64,000 nt of DNA from Phycisphaerae bacterium (lineage in GTDB: Bacteria; Planctomycetota; Phycisphaerae; UBA1845; Fen-1342), in contig JASFQK010000030.1 of assembly GCA_050115495.1 (NCBI GenBank), positions 21,255 to 85,254 on the forward strand, read 5' to 3'. The notes under the pieces were generated by a model that was not told the DNA's origin, searched no databases, and was given only the letters and a program-made list of their open reading frames with translations. Each line of letters begins with the position of its first letter. Position 1 is the first letter of the stretch. Position numbers and translations under genes: made by a program. Shown piece by piece: positions 19,013-28,354 of this stretch.

Positions 19013-19339
19013 TGTTCTCTCCTCCTGCGCTTGTGACTTGCGTCTCCCGCCCACATCGAGCCACCACGCACGAACAGCGGCGCCGCCACCCACCCCAGCG
19101 AGCGAGTTGCGGGTGCCATCGTGACGTGAACTGGAGACGAACATCCCTGGTCATCCGCCGGCCGAGACCAGCAGACACACACGTCGCATACTGCAACTCA
19201 ACCGTCATCATTATACCATAACAAGCCAGCCCAGCGAACAATCTTCTCGGACCTGCCGAGTTGTTGCTGTCTCGACGGTCCGCGCCGGCGAATCGGCCCA
19301 CGTGCCGTGCGCGCCACCGTGGACGGAACCGCATCGCGC

Positions 19340-19756
19340 CCGTACGCTGGGCACCGTGAAGCGCGTCGCCGCCTTCGTTCCGCCGCGAGGTCGCCGTGTG
19401 GTGGGACCAACTGGCTCTGCCGACCGCCTTCTCGGCGGAGACGACGCCCGCCGGTCTGCCCCGTCAGGCCATGCTGGGGCGCCTCCTGCGTGAGGGGCTC
19501 GACGACGCGAAGGCCGTTCTCGCCGGATGGACGCCGCGCCACGGCACGAGAGTCCCTCGGCAGCACGGCGAACTGGACGAAGGCCGAATGGCTACCCGGC
19601 CGCGGCCCGAGCCGCCAGCTCATCCGGGTCACGTTCCAGCCGCCGAACGAGCGGGCTCCATCGGCGACCCTGGCCCGGTCGCACAAGACGTTTACGCTGC
19701 TCAGCCCACGAAAGCTCGCGATAGACTTGTGCCACTGGCTGATGCCGAGGCTGTGA
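19340..19756 (+). pseudogene. Possible frameshifted TIR-like domain remnant
   Basis: Joining frames gives VKRVAAF / VAVWWDQ..LGRLLREGLDDAKAVLAGWTPRHGT / ESLGSTANWTKAEW..LIRV, resembling the TIR beta-B to alpha-C region. Confidence 0.4.
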
Positions 19757-19813
19757 CCTTAACACATTCGCGTTAAGACCGTCATTGCCCAGCAGGCAAA
19801 CGGGAGAACCACG

Positions 19814-20314
19814 ATGTCATCCGCGGCCAACCACCCGCAACCAGCGAAACCAGAACTCGCCCTCTCCGACAAAGCCAGGAGTCATCCGGCGTGGCTGCGG
19901 CTGGAGGATCAATTCGGGTGGTACCACCGCAAGAGCATGCATTGCCAGAAGAGGTACAAATGGCTGAAGCTTGTGCAGATCGTCCTCGCGGTCGCCATAC
20001 CGATTTTCAGCCACCTCCCGCTCGTCGCCGAGTGGCTCACGTCGGTGGCCGGGGCGCTGATCGCGATCCTGGAGGGCGTGCAGCACGTCTTTCAGTATTC
20101 CACGCTGTGGATGAGGTATCGCTCCACCGCTGAGCACCTGAAACACGAGAAATTCCTGTGCCTTTCGGCGGCCGGACCCTACCGCGATCTGTCCGAGCAG
20201 GAGCGGTTGACATTGCTGGCGGAGCGTGTGGAGGAGCACGTGTCGACCGAACATGCCGCCTGGCTCCGCGAGACGCGGCGCGTAACGACCGAACGGAAGC
20301 CCGAGACGAAGTGA
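19814..20314 (+). CDS. DUF4231 / SLATT-family two-TM protein
   Basis: RLEDQFGWYHRKS, two TM helices, WMRYRSTAEHLKHEK..AGPY..VSTEHAAW. Confidence 0.85.
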   Translation: MSSAANHPQPAKPELALSDKARSHPAWLRLEDQFGWYHRKSMHCQKRYKWLKLVQIVLAVAIPIFSHLPLVAEWLTSVAGALIAILEGVQHVFQYSTLWMRYRSTAEHLKHEKFLCLSAAGPYRDLSEQERLTLLAERVEEHVSTEHAAWLRETRRVTTERKPETK

Positions 20315-20704
20315 CCGCCGTAGAGCCCGCACCGCGCGGCACCGGCCACAACGACCGAGAACTCGTGGAGACCAGTCCGGACCCGGCCTCTTCGTCACAC
20401 GTTCCGGATTCACAGTCCACTCGGCGCCGGTCCCACGGCGCTCCGTGATTAAGATTCCGTTGGGGCGGCGGCAGTACGTGGCTATACTGCCGCCGACCCT
20501 GAGCGGAGATGTGGCCGGCCTGTGTCCCGGCCGGGCACAGGCAAACCGTATCCCACCACCCCGAACCCCGGCGAGGAGGATCGTGCGGGGGCGCCGGCCA
20601 ATCGCTCCGCCGAATACGTCGCGGCAAACCGTGTGTAAGACCGGATCAGCCATAATCCTGCGGAATCTTCCCTGTGCCTCATTCAAGATAAGGAGACATA
20701 CGTG

Positions 20705-21955
20705 ATGACCCTGGCGGAATTCGACACCGGCAGCACGGGCTTCATGCTCGTGGCGACCAGCCTGGTCATGCTGATGACCCCCGGGCTGGCCTTCTTCTAC
20801 GGCGGCCTCGTCGGGCGTAAGCACACCCTGACGATCATGACGCAGAGCTTCGTCTCGCTGGGCTGGACCACCGTGCTGTGGTTCATCTGCGGCTACTCGC
20901 TCTGCTTCAGCGGCACGATGGCGGAGGGCACCGACTTCGCCGGCCTGATCGGCAACTTCAAGCTGGCCTTCCTGAACGGCGTCGACCTGAACACACCGTT
21001 CGCCGCCGGCCTCATCCCGCTCTTCGTGTTCGTGGCCTACCAGATGATGTTCGCCATCATCACTCCCGCCCTGATCACGGGCGCCTTCGCCAACCGCGTC
21101 CGCTTCAGCGCCTACATGATCTTCCTTACGCTGTGGCTGTTCCTCGTCTACTTCCCACTCGTCCACATGGTCTGGGGCGGCGGCCTGCTGGCGGCCAAAT
21201 ACGGCGTGCTCGACTTCGCCGGCGGTATCGTGGTCCACGCCAGCGCGGGCATGGCGGCCCTGGCCTCGGTATTCTTCGTCGGCAAACGCGGCTCGGTCGA
21301 CTCCGGCCCGCACAGCATCCCGCTGGTCGCTCTCGGCACCGGCCTGCTGTGGTTCGGCTGGTACGGCTTCAACGCCGGCAGCGAGCTCGCTGTCGACGCC
21401 ATCACCGTCACGGCCTTCATCAACACCGACATCGCCGCCTCGTTCGCCGCGATCACCTGGCTGGCCATCGCCTGGGTCCTCGAGCGCAAGCCCAAGTTTG
21501 TCGGCCTGCTCACGGGCGCTGTGGCCGGCCTGGCCACCATCACGCCGGCAGCCGGCTTCGTCACGCCCATGAGTGCCATGATCATCGGTATCGTCGCCGG
21601 CGCCGTCTGCTACGGTGCCGTCGCCCTCAAGAACAAGCTCCACTGGGACGACGCCCTCGACGTCTGGGGCGTGCACGGCGTCGGCGGAACCATCGGCGTC
21701 GTCATGCTCGGCTTCTTCGCCTCCGAGACTGTGAACCCCATGGTCACCAGCAGCCTGGAGACCGCCGGCGGCCGCGGCGGCTTCATCCTCACACAGATCA
21801 TCGTCGTCGCGATCGTCGGCGTGTACTGCTTCCTGTTCTCCTGGGTCATGCTGGCCGCGATCAATGCCTTGGTCACCGTGCGCGTGACGAAGCAGGAAGA
21901 GGAGACCGGCCTCGACGCCAGCCTGCACGGTGAGATGGCCTACCTGGCCGACTAG
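20705..21955 (+). CDS. amtB: Ammonium transporter (Amt)
   Basis: MTPGLAFFYGG, YQMMFAIITPAL, DFAGGIVVH, LLWFGWYGFNAGS, DDALDVWGVHGVGG; twin His retained. Start GTG 20702 or ATG 20705. Confidence 0.95.
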   Translation: MTLAEFDTGSTGFMLVATSLVMLMTPGLAFFYGGLVGRKHTLTIMTQSFVSLGWTTVLWFICGYSLCFSGTMAEGTDFAGLIGNFKLAFLNGVDLNTPFAAGLIPLFVFVAYQMMFAIITPALITGAFANRVRFSAYMIFLTLWLFLVYFPLVHMVWGGGLLAAKYGVLDFAGGIVVHASAGMAALASVFFVGKRGSVDSGPHSIPLVALGTGLLWFGWYGFNAGSELAVDAITVTAFINTDIAASFAAITWLAIAWVLERKPKFVGLLTGAVAGLATITPAAGFVTPMSAMIIGIVAGAVCYGAVALKNKLHWDDALDVWGVHGVGGTIGVVMLGFFASETVNPMVTSSLETAGGRGGFILTQIIVVAIVGVYCFLFSWVMLAAINALVTVRVTKQEEETGLDASLHGEMAYLAD

Positions 21956-21982
21956 CCGCTCGCAGAACGTCTCGATGACATC

Positions 21983-22027
21983 AACAAGCCGCAGGCGGCG
22001 CACTCAACGTGCCGCCTGCGGCTTGTT
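21983..22027. terminator. Long hairpin between convergent genes
   Basis: AACAAGCCGCAGGCGGCGC...GTGCCGCCTGCGGCTTGTT. Confidence 0.7.
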
Positions 22028-22111
22028 CACGCGCGGACCGCTCAGCCGCGGCACGCTTCAACGTGGTTCCGGCGGGACGATACCCCCGCACCACTCCCCC
22101 CATCGACCCGC

Positions 22112-23326
22112 CTACTCCTTCGGAATAGGCGCATATGTGCGGATATCGACGACCGTATGCAGGATCGGATAGCTGGCCCGACACCGGAAGATATCAAACT
22201 CGGTCCGCTCCCAGCCAACCTCGCTCAGCACGTGCCGCACCATCTCCGGGCAACGCGGCACGACCGGATCATGCAGGGCATCCAGCGGCGTACCCAGATA
22301 GGTTACCGTCTCCTGGCTCGGCATCGCGTACGCGAGTTCACTCCGCATGGCCCGATCCGGAAGCAGTGAGTAGCCATACGTGTGTGTCTTCACCAATGAC
22401 GGGTCATATACGCCGTGCGGAACGAGCAGATCCATGACCAGCTCCTCGCACGGCATCGTGATGAACGTGCCACCGCCGGCGCTGAGCTGCTCGCGCCGGA
22501 CGACCACGTTGTGCAGCGTCGTTGCCATGAAGAAGTCCACGCGAGCAGTCCGCCCCACGCCGAGCATGTGCAGCGCTTCCGTCAGATAGTCACCCTCCCG
22601 CTCGACGGACATACTGGGTGGCGGATCGCTGCAGAAATCCGTCAGCAGCCACGGGCTCCGATCAACCTCACCCACGCACATCGAGTGGCTGCGCTCGACC
22701 AGCGCGTGCCGGAAGGCCACCGGCAAGGACTGAATGCGGCGGTTGGCGCGCAGTCCCAGCACGCCACGCATCGCCATGCCATCGCTGGTCTTCGCCCCCG
22801 CGTCATGCTGGTAAATCGTGCAGCGGTACATGGTGGCCGCCTGGAATCCCCACAAGCTCGCATTGGCGCGAAACGCCGCCCGCCGCTGCTTGAAACTGAT
22901 CTGCTCACCCGCTTGGCCGCCGAGCGCGGCGATCATCGCATCGAAGGTGCCGCGGTCGCCGGCATGGTGCTGAACGAAGCGGTCGAATGCCTCGTACGTG
23001 TTCGCCGCCTCATCGATCACCTCGGCCCGGAATCCCTTTCGCCGCGCCGCCTCGAAGAGCTTGCCCATCGATTCCGCCTGCGGGATGTGCGGGACGGCAT
23101 CGAACGGATCCTTGGCAGTGGCCAGCCGGAAGACCTGCCAGGCAAGGGACGTACGCACCTCAAGAACGCGCTGGAGATCGGTCGCCCGTTTGATGGCCGC
23201 CGGCGACGCGGACACAAGGCGACTGATGGCGGCTCGGAGACGCGTCAGCACCTCCTCCGCATCCCTTTCGAAGTGATACTCAGGTGGAGCGCCCGCGCGT
23301 GCATTCCGCGTGTTTAGACCCGTCAT
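22112..23326 (-). CDS. Uncharacterised ~405-aa protein with N-terminal HTH-like segment (paralog of 6610-7851)
   Basis: Shared blocks AGDRGTFD/AGSRKLFD, QRRAAFRANASLWGFQA/QRKTAYEANSYIWGVQA, FCSDPPP/FCSQPLP, GWERTEFDIFR/GWKTADFDCYR. Alternative in-frame start at 23371. Confidence 0.85.
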   Translation of the reverse strand: MTGLNTRNARAGAPPEYHFERDAEEVLTRLRAAISRLVSASPAAIKRATDLQRVLEVRTSLAWQVFRLATAKDPFDAVPHIPQAESMGKLFEAARRKGFRAEVIDEAANTYEAFDRFVQHHAGDRGTFDAMIAALGGQAGEQISFKQRRAAFRANASLWGFQAATMYRCTIYQHDAGAKTSDGMAMRGVLGLRANRRIQSLPVAFRHALVERSHSMCVGEVDRSPWLLTDFCSDPPPSMSVEREGDYLTEALHMLGVGRTARVDFFMATTLHNVVVRREQLSAGGGTFITMPCEELVMDLLVPHGVYDPSLVKTHTYGYSLLPDRAMRSELAYAMPSQETVTYLGTPLDALHDPVVPRCPEMVRHVLSEVGWERTEFDIFRCRASYPILHTVVDIRTYAPIPKE

Positions 23327-23547
23327 GCGGCGATTGTACACAAGGTCCAAAATCGGGCCAGACTCACTCATGCCTGCATTCTACCATGAAAACGAATATT
23401 CGTGCGAAAATTAGGTTGAAATTTCATGTGAATCCCGATACCGTGAAACTGCGGCGATCAGACGCTTGCGGTGCCGTCGTCAGTGTGGGCGACACGTCCG
23501 ACCGCCGCCGACCCCGCGGCCACCGGCCGCCTCCGGAGGAGTGAGTC

Positions 23548-24246
23548 ATGACGCACAAGTTGATCCCCCTAGTCGCGGTAGTGTTCTGTGCCGGCACGGT
23601 CTTCGGTGACGTGCTGTGGGACCAGAGCGACCTCTACACCGACGCCTTCGCGGCGTATGAAGAGGAGAACGTCGGTAACGACGAGGAGTACTCCAGCTAC
23701 GTCGTCGACGATGTCGAGGTCGGCGAAACCGGCTGGAACATCGAAACCGTATCCACGTATATGACCAACTTCACCAGCGACTGGTCCGACATCAGTCAAG
23801 CTCGCCTGAACATCATCCCCAAAGACGGCCTCGTGCCGTCCAACACGTTCGACCCGCGCGACGGCACGCTCGTCCCGGTCACGGCGACCGAAGTCAGCGG
23901 CTACTACTGCGTTCTCAAGATCACCGCGGATAGCCTGGACATCACGCTGACGCCGGGGCAGTACTGGATCGGCCTGACCCCCCTCGTCGACACCACCTAC
24001 GGCCTGGAGGGGCACGTCGCCACCGAGACCAGATTGCTGGACGAGCCCGCCTGGCGGAATCCCGCCGGCGGCTGGGATGACTACATGAGCCTTGGCACCG
24101 ACTGGATCCAGTGGGGTGACTACGACACCGAGTGGCGTGACTACTACTACGACTCAGCGTTCATGGTCACTGGCACGCCGACGCCCGAGCCGGCCTCACT
24201 GGCCCTGATCGCGCTGGGCGCCCTCGCCCTGCGGCGGCGGAGCTAA
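23548..24246 (+). CDS. PEP-CTERM sorting-domain secreted protein
   Basis: Signal peptide; TPEPASLALIALGALALRRRS. Confidence 0.9.
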   Translation: MTHKLIPLVAVVFCAGTVFGDVLWDQSDLYTDAFAAYEEENVGNDEEYSSYVVDDVEVGETGWNIETVSTYMTNFTSDWSDISQARLNIIPKDGLVPSNTFDPRDGTLVPVTATEVSGYYCVLKITADSLDITLTPGQYWIGLTPLVDTTYGLEGHVATETRLLDEPAWRNPAGGWDDYMSLGTDWIQWGDYDTEWRDYYYDSAFMVTGTPTPEPASLALIALGALALRRRS

Positions 24247-24314
24247 CGTCGTTCGACCGCAACGGTACGGCCTCTCGCGCCGGCCAGCACAGACAACTGG
24301 CAAAGGACACTGAA

Positions 24315-24989
24315 ATGCCCCGCTTCGCTCTCATCCTCGGCCTGACGCTGACCCTGGCGCTGGTGTCCGCCGCGCCGGCCGAGACGATCGTACGCACCGC
24401 GTACATGGACACCTACGTCGATAGCAGCCAGCCGGCCGAGAACTTCGGCCAGGACAACTGGCTCCACGTCGGCATGGCCGCCGCCGGCGGCAGCGGCACG
24501 ATACGGGACCTGCTCTGTTTCGATTACGGTGACCTACCGACGAATCCCGGCATGATCGCCTCGGCCACGTTGCACGCCTGTCAATTCCAGGTTCAGGGCG
24601 GCAGCGCCGGCCGGACCGTCGGCGTATACCGCGTCACAAGCACGTGGGACGAGGCTTCCGTGACCTGGAACACGCAGCCCACAGTCGATGCTTCCACGGT
24701 CTGGGCGACGGAGGTCGTCGGCACGAACCAGGATGGTGGCTGGATCACCTGGGACGTGACCGACCTCATCCGCGCCCAGGCCAGCGGCGCACTGCCGAAC
24801 TGCGGCCTCGCGCTATGCGATCTCAGCGAAGGCCTCGGCACGCCGTCGCTCGGCACGGTCTGGAGCACCGAGTACATCTTCAACAACAACGAGAACTTCC
24901 AGTTGACGATCGAAACCGTGCCCGAGCCAGGCAGCCTTGCGGCACTCGCTCTGGCCTCATTCGCCGCCTTCGCCCGGCGGCGTTCGTAA
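24315..24989 (+). CDS. DNRLRE-like domain PEP-CTERM protein
   Basis: DTYVDS..P..NFG, SATLH, TWNTQP, WDVTDLIR; VPEP tail. Confidence 0.85.
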   Translation: MPRFALILGLTLTLALVSAAPAETIVRTAYMDTYVDSSQPAENFGQDNWLHVGMAAAGGSGTIRDLLCFDYGDLPTNPGMIASATLHACQFQVQGGSAGRTVGVYRVTSTWDEASVTWNTQPTVDASTVWATEVVGTNQDGGWITWDVTDLIRAQASGALPNCGLALCDLSEGLGTPSLGTVWSTEYIFNNNENFQLTIETVPEPGSLAALALASFAAFARRRS

Positions 24990-25048
24990 GGCGCGTGAGC
25001 AGAAGCGTAGTACGTCTCCGCGCCACGTATTTTCGAGGAGGAAGAACC

Positions 25049-25741
25049 ATGAAACGCATCGCGACCCTCACCGCCCTGGCCCTGGCGGCAATGCTCTTCA
25101 CCGCCAACGCTTTGGCGGACAGCATCGCGCTGAGCCCCACCAAGGACACGTTCGTGTACAGCGCCACACCCACGACCAACTACGGCCAACTGGACAGCTT
25201 CCTGCTGGGCGAGGCAGCCCCCGCCGGCGCCGGGACCATCCGTGGCTACCTCCAGTTCGATCTAACCTCACTGCCCAGTAATCCGAGCCTGATTCAGTCC
25301 GCCGTCTTCCGCGCCTATCAGCACGCTCCGAACACGGGCGGTCCCAGAGACTGCTACATCTACGGCTGCACCAGTTCCTGGACCGAAACGGGCATTACCT
25401 GGAACACGCAGCCCTTGCACGACTACACAACGACATGGGCCGTCGCCGAAGTTGGTGACACCTGGCAATACCCTCAGGGGCTGGTCGACTGGGTCGAGTG
25501 GGACGTGACTGACCTCGTCCGGGCCCAGGCCAGCGGCGAGTACCCCAACTACGGCTGGTCGTTCCGCGTCAGCTTCGAAACATACGGCGCTCCCCGCGTT
25601 GGCTACTTCCACAGTAACGAGTACCTCGGCAACCCGGAACTCCGCCCCCAGCTCGTTGTCCAGTGCTCCACTGCCGTTCCCGAGCCGGCGGCAGTCTCTC
25701 TGCTGGCCGTGGGCGGGTTGTTGGCTCTCCGCCGGCGGTAG
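25049..25741 (+). CDS. DNRLRE-like domain PEP-CTERM protein
   Basis: RBS GAGGAGG; DTFVYSATPTTNYG, TWNTQP, WDVTDLVR, RPQLVV; VPEP tail. Confidence 0.85.
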   Translation: MKRIATLTALALAAMLFTANALADSIALSPTKDTFVYSATPTTNYGQLDSFLLGEAAPAGAGTIRGYLQFDLTSLPSNPSLIQSAVFRAYQHAPNTGGPRDCYIYGCTSSWTETGITWNTQPLHDYTTTWAVAEVGDTWQYPQGLVDWVEWDVTDLVRAQASGEYPNYGWSFRVSFETYGAPRVGYFHSNEYLGNPELRPQLVVQCSTAVPEPAAVSLLAVGGLLALRRR

Positions 25742-25829
25742 CGGTTGGTTGCGTGCGGCGGGCCGCCCGCTGCACGCCCACCGTGATGGATGAGTAATGA
25801 TGTCTGGCTCTCACTCAAGGATAACCGTG

Positions 25830-26510
25830 ATGAAAACATACGCTCCCCTCCTGATCGTAGGTGTGCTACTGGCCGCGGCGAGCGCCGCCCTCGCCGACAA
25901 TCCCCGGATCTACTACCCCTGGAACGACACGTACGTGGACAGCGCCCTTCCCGACGCCTGCTTCGCCACCTCGCACGAGCTGCGCATGGGCAGTGGCCCC
26001 GATCGCAACCGTGCCGTGCGGACCTACATCGGCTTCGTGATCCCGGACGACGAGTTGCCTCAGGACACGCAGCTCATCGAGTCGGCCACGCTGCACATAT
26101 ACCAGTTCAACACGTCCGGCGACGCCGCCGGCCGTACCGTCGGCGTGCGTGGCTCCACATCCGACTGGTCCTGGCACGGCCCGACCTGGAACGACCAGCC
26201 CGAGCTGACGAGCACCGTGTACGCCAGGGCGACCGTCGGCAATCCGAACGATATCGGCTGGATCGAGTGGGACGTCACCGAACTCGTCCGCCGCTACGCC
26301 GATCCGGACTACGTGAACTGGGAGTTCTACGACTTCATTCTGTGCGATGTGCATGAGGGTACCGGTGCCCCCAGCATAGGGTACTTCGAGAGTCACACCC
26401 ACGGTGGTACGCCGGGGCTGGAGCCCTATCTGGAAGTAGTCGCGACCCCCGAACCGACCTCCCTCCTCCTCCTTGGACTGTCAAGCCTCGCCATGCTGCG
26501 TCGCCGCTGA
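25830..26510 (+). CDS. DNRLRE-like domain PEP-CTERM protein
   Basis: DTYVDS, SATLHIYQ, TWNDQP, WDVTELVR, PYLEV; TPEP tail. Confidence 0.85.
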   Translation: MKTYAPLLIVGVLLAAASAALADNPRIYYPWNDTYVDSALPDACFATSHELRMGSGPDRNRAVRTYIGFVIPDDELPQDTQLIESATLHIYQFNTSGDAAGRTVGVRGSTSDWSWHGPTWNDQPELTSTVYARATVGNPNDIGWIEWDVTELVRRYADPDYVNWEFYDFILCDVHEGTGAPSIGYFESHTHGGTPGLEPYLEVVATPEPTSLLLLGLSSLAMLRRR

Positions 26511-26632
26511 TACCCACAGCCGCGTGCGCACAGGCGTGAGCAGTCCGCACTGAGTCTCCCGCGCCGTGGGGGCCTGGATCAGACGGCGCGGGAGACTCCT
26601 CCTTCATATCCGGCTTGACGATCAGCAGGTCT

Positions 26633-27511
26633 TCACGGCGAGAAGAACGTCTGCTGCACCAGCGTGACGTTCTCGGGCAGGCAAGCGTGCACCGCCGACG
26701 CGTACGCGGACATGTCCTCGTCCGTGCAGCCGGTCGTGGCCACGTCGTCCAGGCAAGCGAGCAGTTGCGCCGCCTCGTCGGGCGAGCCCGGCAGGTCCTC
26801 CGGGTCGCCCGATGAAGCCAGCACCAGGATCTGCCCCACCGGGGAGGCGTCGGCGAGGCTGAGCGCAATCTCTAGCGTTTGGTCCGGGCTGAGCGCCGCC
26901 ATCGTGTGTCCGTGGGAATCCCACTCGAACAGCTCCCACCCCAGGCAGCGACAACCTTCGTCGCAAGCCCGAAACAGGGCCACGACGTAACACGTTTCCT
27001 CTGACACCGTCCGGAAGCGAGCCAGCCCCGTATCCTCGCCGTCCTCGGCCTCAGGATCGTGGCACAGCAGAATCGGCACGCACGCCGCCTGATCCAGGTT
27101 CAGCGGCGCCACACAGCGTTCACCGACCGGTCGCGGCTGCACGTCGGGCACGCTGTAGCGCAGTTGCAGGACGTACACGGCCGCCATCGCCGCCGCCGCC
27201 ACCGCCGTCCCCATCACCCACCGCCCGCGCGTCAAACGCCACGCCGACCGTGCCTGCGGCCGCGCGATGTTCTCGGCAATCTGGAAAGCCTCATACCGGG
27301 CGCGGCACAGTCGGCAGCGCGACAGATGGCGCCACTCCTCCCGCGTCGGCGTCAGACCCGCCCGCACCAAGCTGCCCAGCCGGCCCATCGTCAGGCAGGC
27401 CGGCGTGCGCGAACTGGCCGCGGCGAGGTCATCCGGACCGTCGCTTTCCACCGCCAGGCGGATCAGGTTTTCCAGCCCGCTGTCCTTCACGAACGGATAC
27501 CTCCGGGCCAA
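26633..27511 (-). CDS. Putative zinc-finger anti-sigma factor
   Basis: HLSRCRLC (HxxxCxxC), one TM helix, Cys-rich extracytoplasmic part; directly downstream of an ECF sigma gene. Confidence 0.7.
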   Translation of the reverse strand: MARRYPFVKDSGLENLIRLAVESDGPDDLAAASSRTPACLTMGRLGSLVRAGLTPTREEWRHLSRCRLCRARYEAFQIAENIARPQARSAWRLTRGRWVMGTAVAAAAMAAVYVLQLRYSVPDVQPRPVGERCVAPLNLDQAACVPILLCHDPEAEDGEDTGLARFRTVSEETCYVVALFRACDEGCRCLGWELFEWDSHGHTMAALSPDQTLEIALSLADASPVGQILVLASSGDPEDLPGSPDEAAQLLACLDDVATTGCTDEDMSAYASAVHACLPENVTLVQQTFFSP

Positions 27512-27519
27512 TGCCCCGG

Positions 27520-28188
27520 CTACTCACCCCCTTGTTCACCCCAGGCGAGCCCGCGCTCGACCAACTCCTCCGTAAATCCTTTATCCGCCAAGCACTTACG
27601 CATTTTCTCCAGGGCTACTTTCTTCCGCACGTTGATGGTGCTCGCCGCCGCCCCCAGCCGCCGGCCCAGGGCCCGCTCCGATTCCCCCTCAGCCAGACCC
27701 GCCAGAACCGCCCGCTCCTCCGCCGTCAGACTATGGGACGTCCGCATCCGATGGAGGCAGTCCTGGACGGCGTCCAGCAGCTCGCTGAAATGCAGGGCCT
27801 CCTCCGGCAGCCGCGACCCGTACAACGCGTCGGCGACGTCATCGACGCTCAGCCGCGTCTCCGCCGGCCGACCCGCCGCCCGCAGGTGCCGCAGCACCAT
27901 CTTGTAGCCGATGGCGTACACGAACGTCGTGATGCGGGCCCGCTCCGGGTCGTACCGCCCGCCGTGCAGCGCCCGCCAGACCTCGACCCACGTCATCTGG
28001 CTCAGCTCTTCGACGAGTTCCGCCCGGCCGCCCACGCGCCGCTGAATGAACCGGCTCAACCCGCCGCCCAGCCGACGATGCAGTTCCTCGAACGCCTGCT
28101 CGTCCCCCTCCATAGCCCGCATAGCCAGCGTGTTCGCCGGCGGCGGCGATGACGGATCGGGTCGGGATGTGGCGGGCGGCTCGGACAT
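27520..28188 (-). CDS. ECF RNA polymerase sigma factor
   Basis: GDEQAFEEL..VEELSQMTWVEVW..ITTFVYAI region 2; LTAEER..HTH region 4. Confidence 0.85.
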   Translation of the reverse strand: MSEPPATSRPDPSSPPPANTLAMRAMEGDEQAFEELHRRLGGGLSRFIQRRVGGRAELVEELSQMTWVEVWRALHGGRYDPERARITTFVYAIGYKMVLRHLRAAGRPAETRLSVDDVADALYGSRLPEEALHFSELLDAVQDCLHRMRTSHSLTAEERAVLAGLAEGESERALGRRLGAAASTINVRKKVALEKMRKCLADKGFTEELVERGLAWGEQGGE

Positions 28189-28261
28189 CGTGTGATCTTG
28201 GTGGCGAACTACAGCATGCGGCGGCCGGGAACGCAACCCGCATCCTCGGCTCCGACAGCCC

Positions 28262-28348
28262 GTCGAAAAAGGGGACTAGCTCCGAGCCGGAAGACCCTGC
28301 CCGGCCTCGGAAACCGCGCGGAGCTCGGTGCCTGTCCCCTTTTTCGGC
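28262..28348. repeat. ~87-bp palindromic element (GTCGAAAAAGGGGAC...GTCCCCTTTTTCG), intergenic copy
   Basis: Terminal inverted repeats and central AGACCCTGCCC shared with 29080-29165. Confidence 0.85.
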
Positions 28349-28354
28349 GGGCTG

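Noticed and set aside
20490..20630. 6S RNA or ydaO riboswitch upstream of amt
   Set aside because: Too short and missing the diagnostic motifs; a better 6S candidate with promoter and terminator lies at 40219-40425.
19817..22003. Long antisense ORFs (e.g. 19817-22003, 45762-47984, 53234-55180, 60640-62394)
   Set aside because: Shadow frames of high-GC genes on the opposite strand, with no recognisable motifs.
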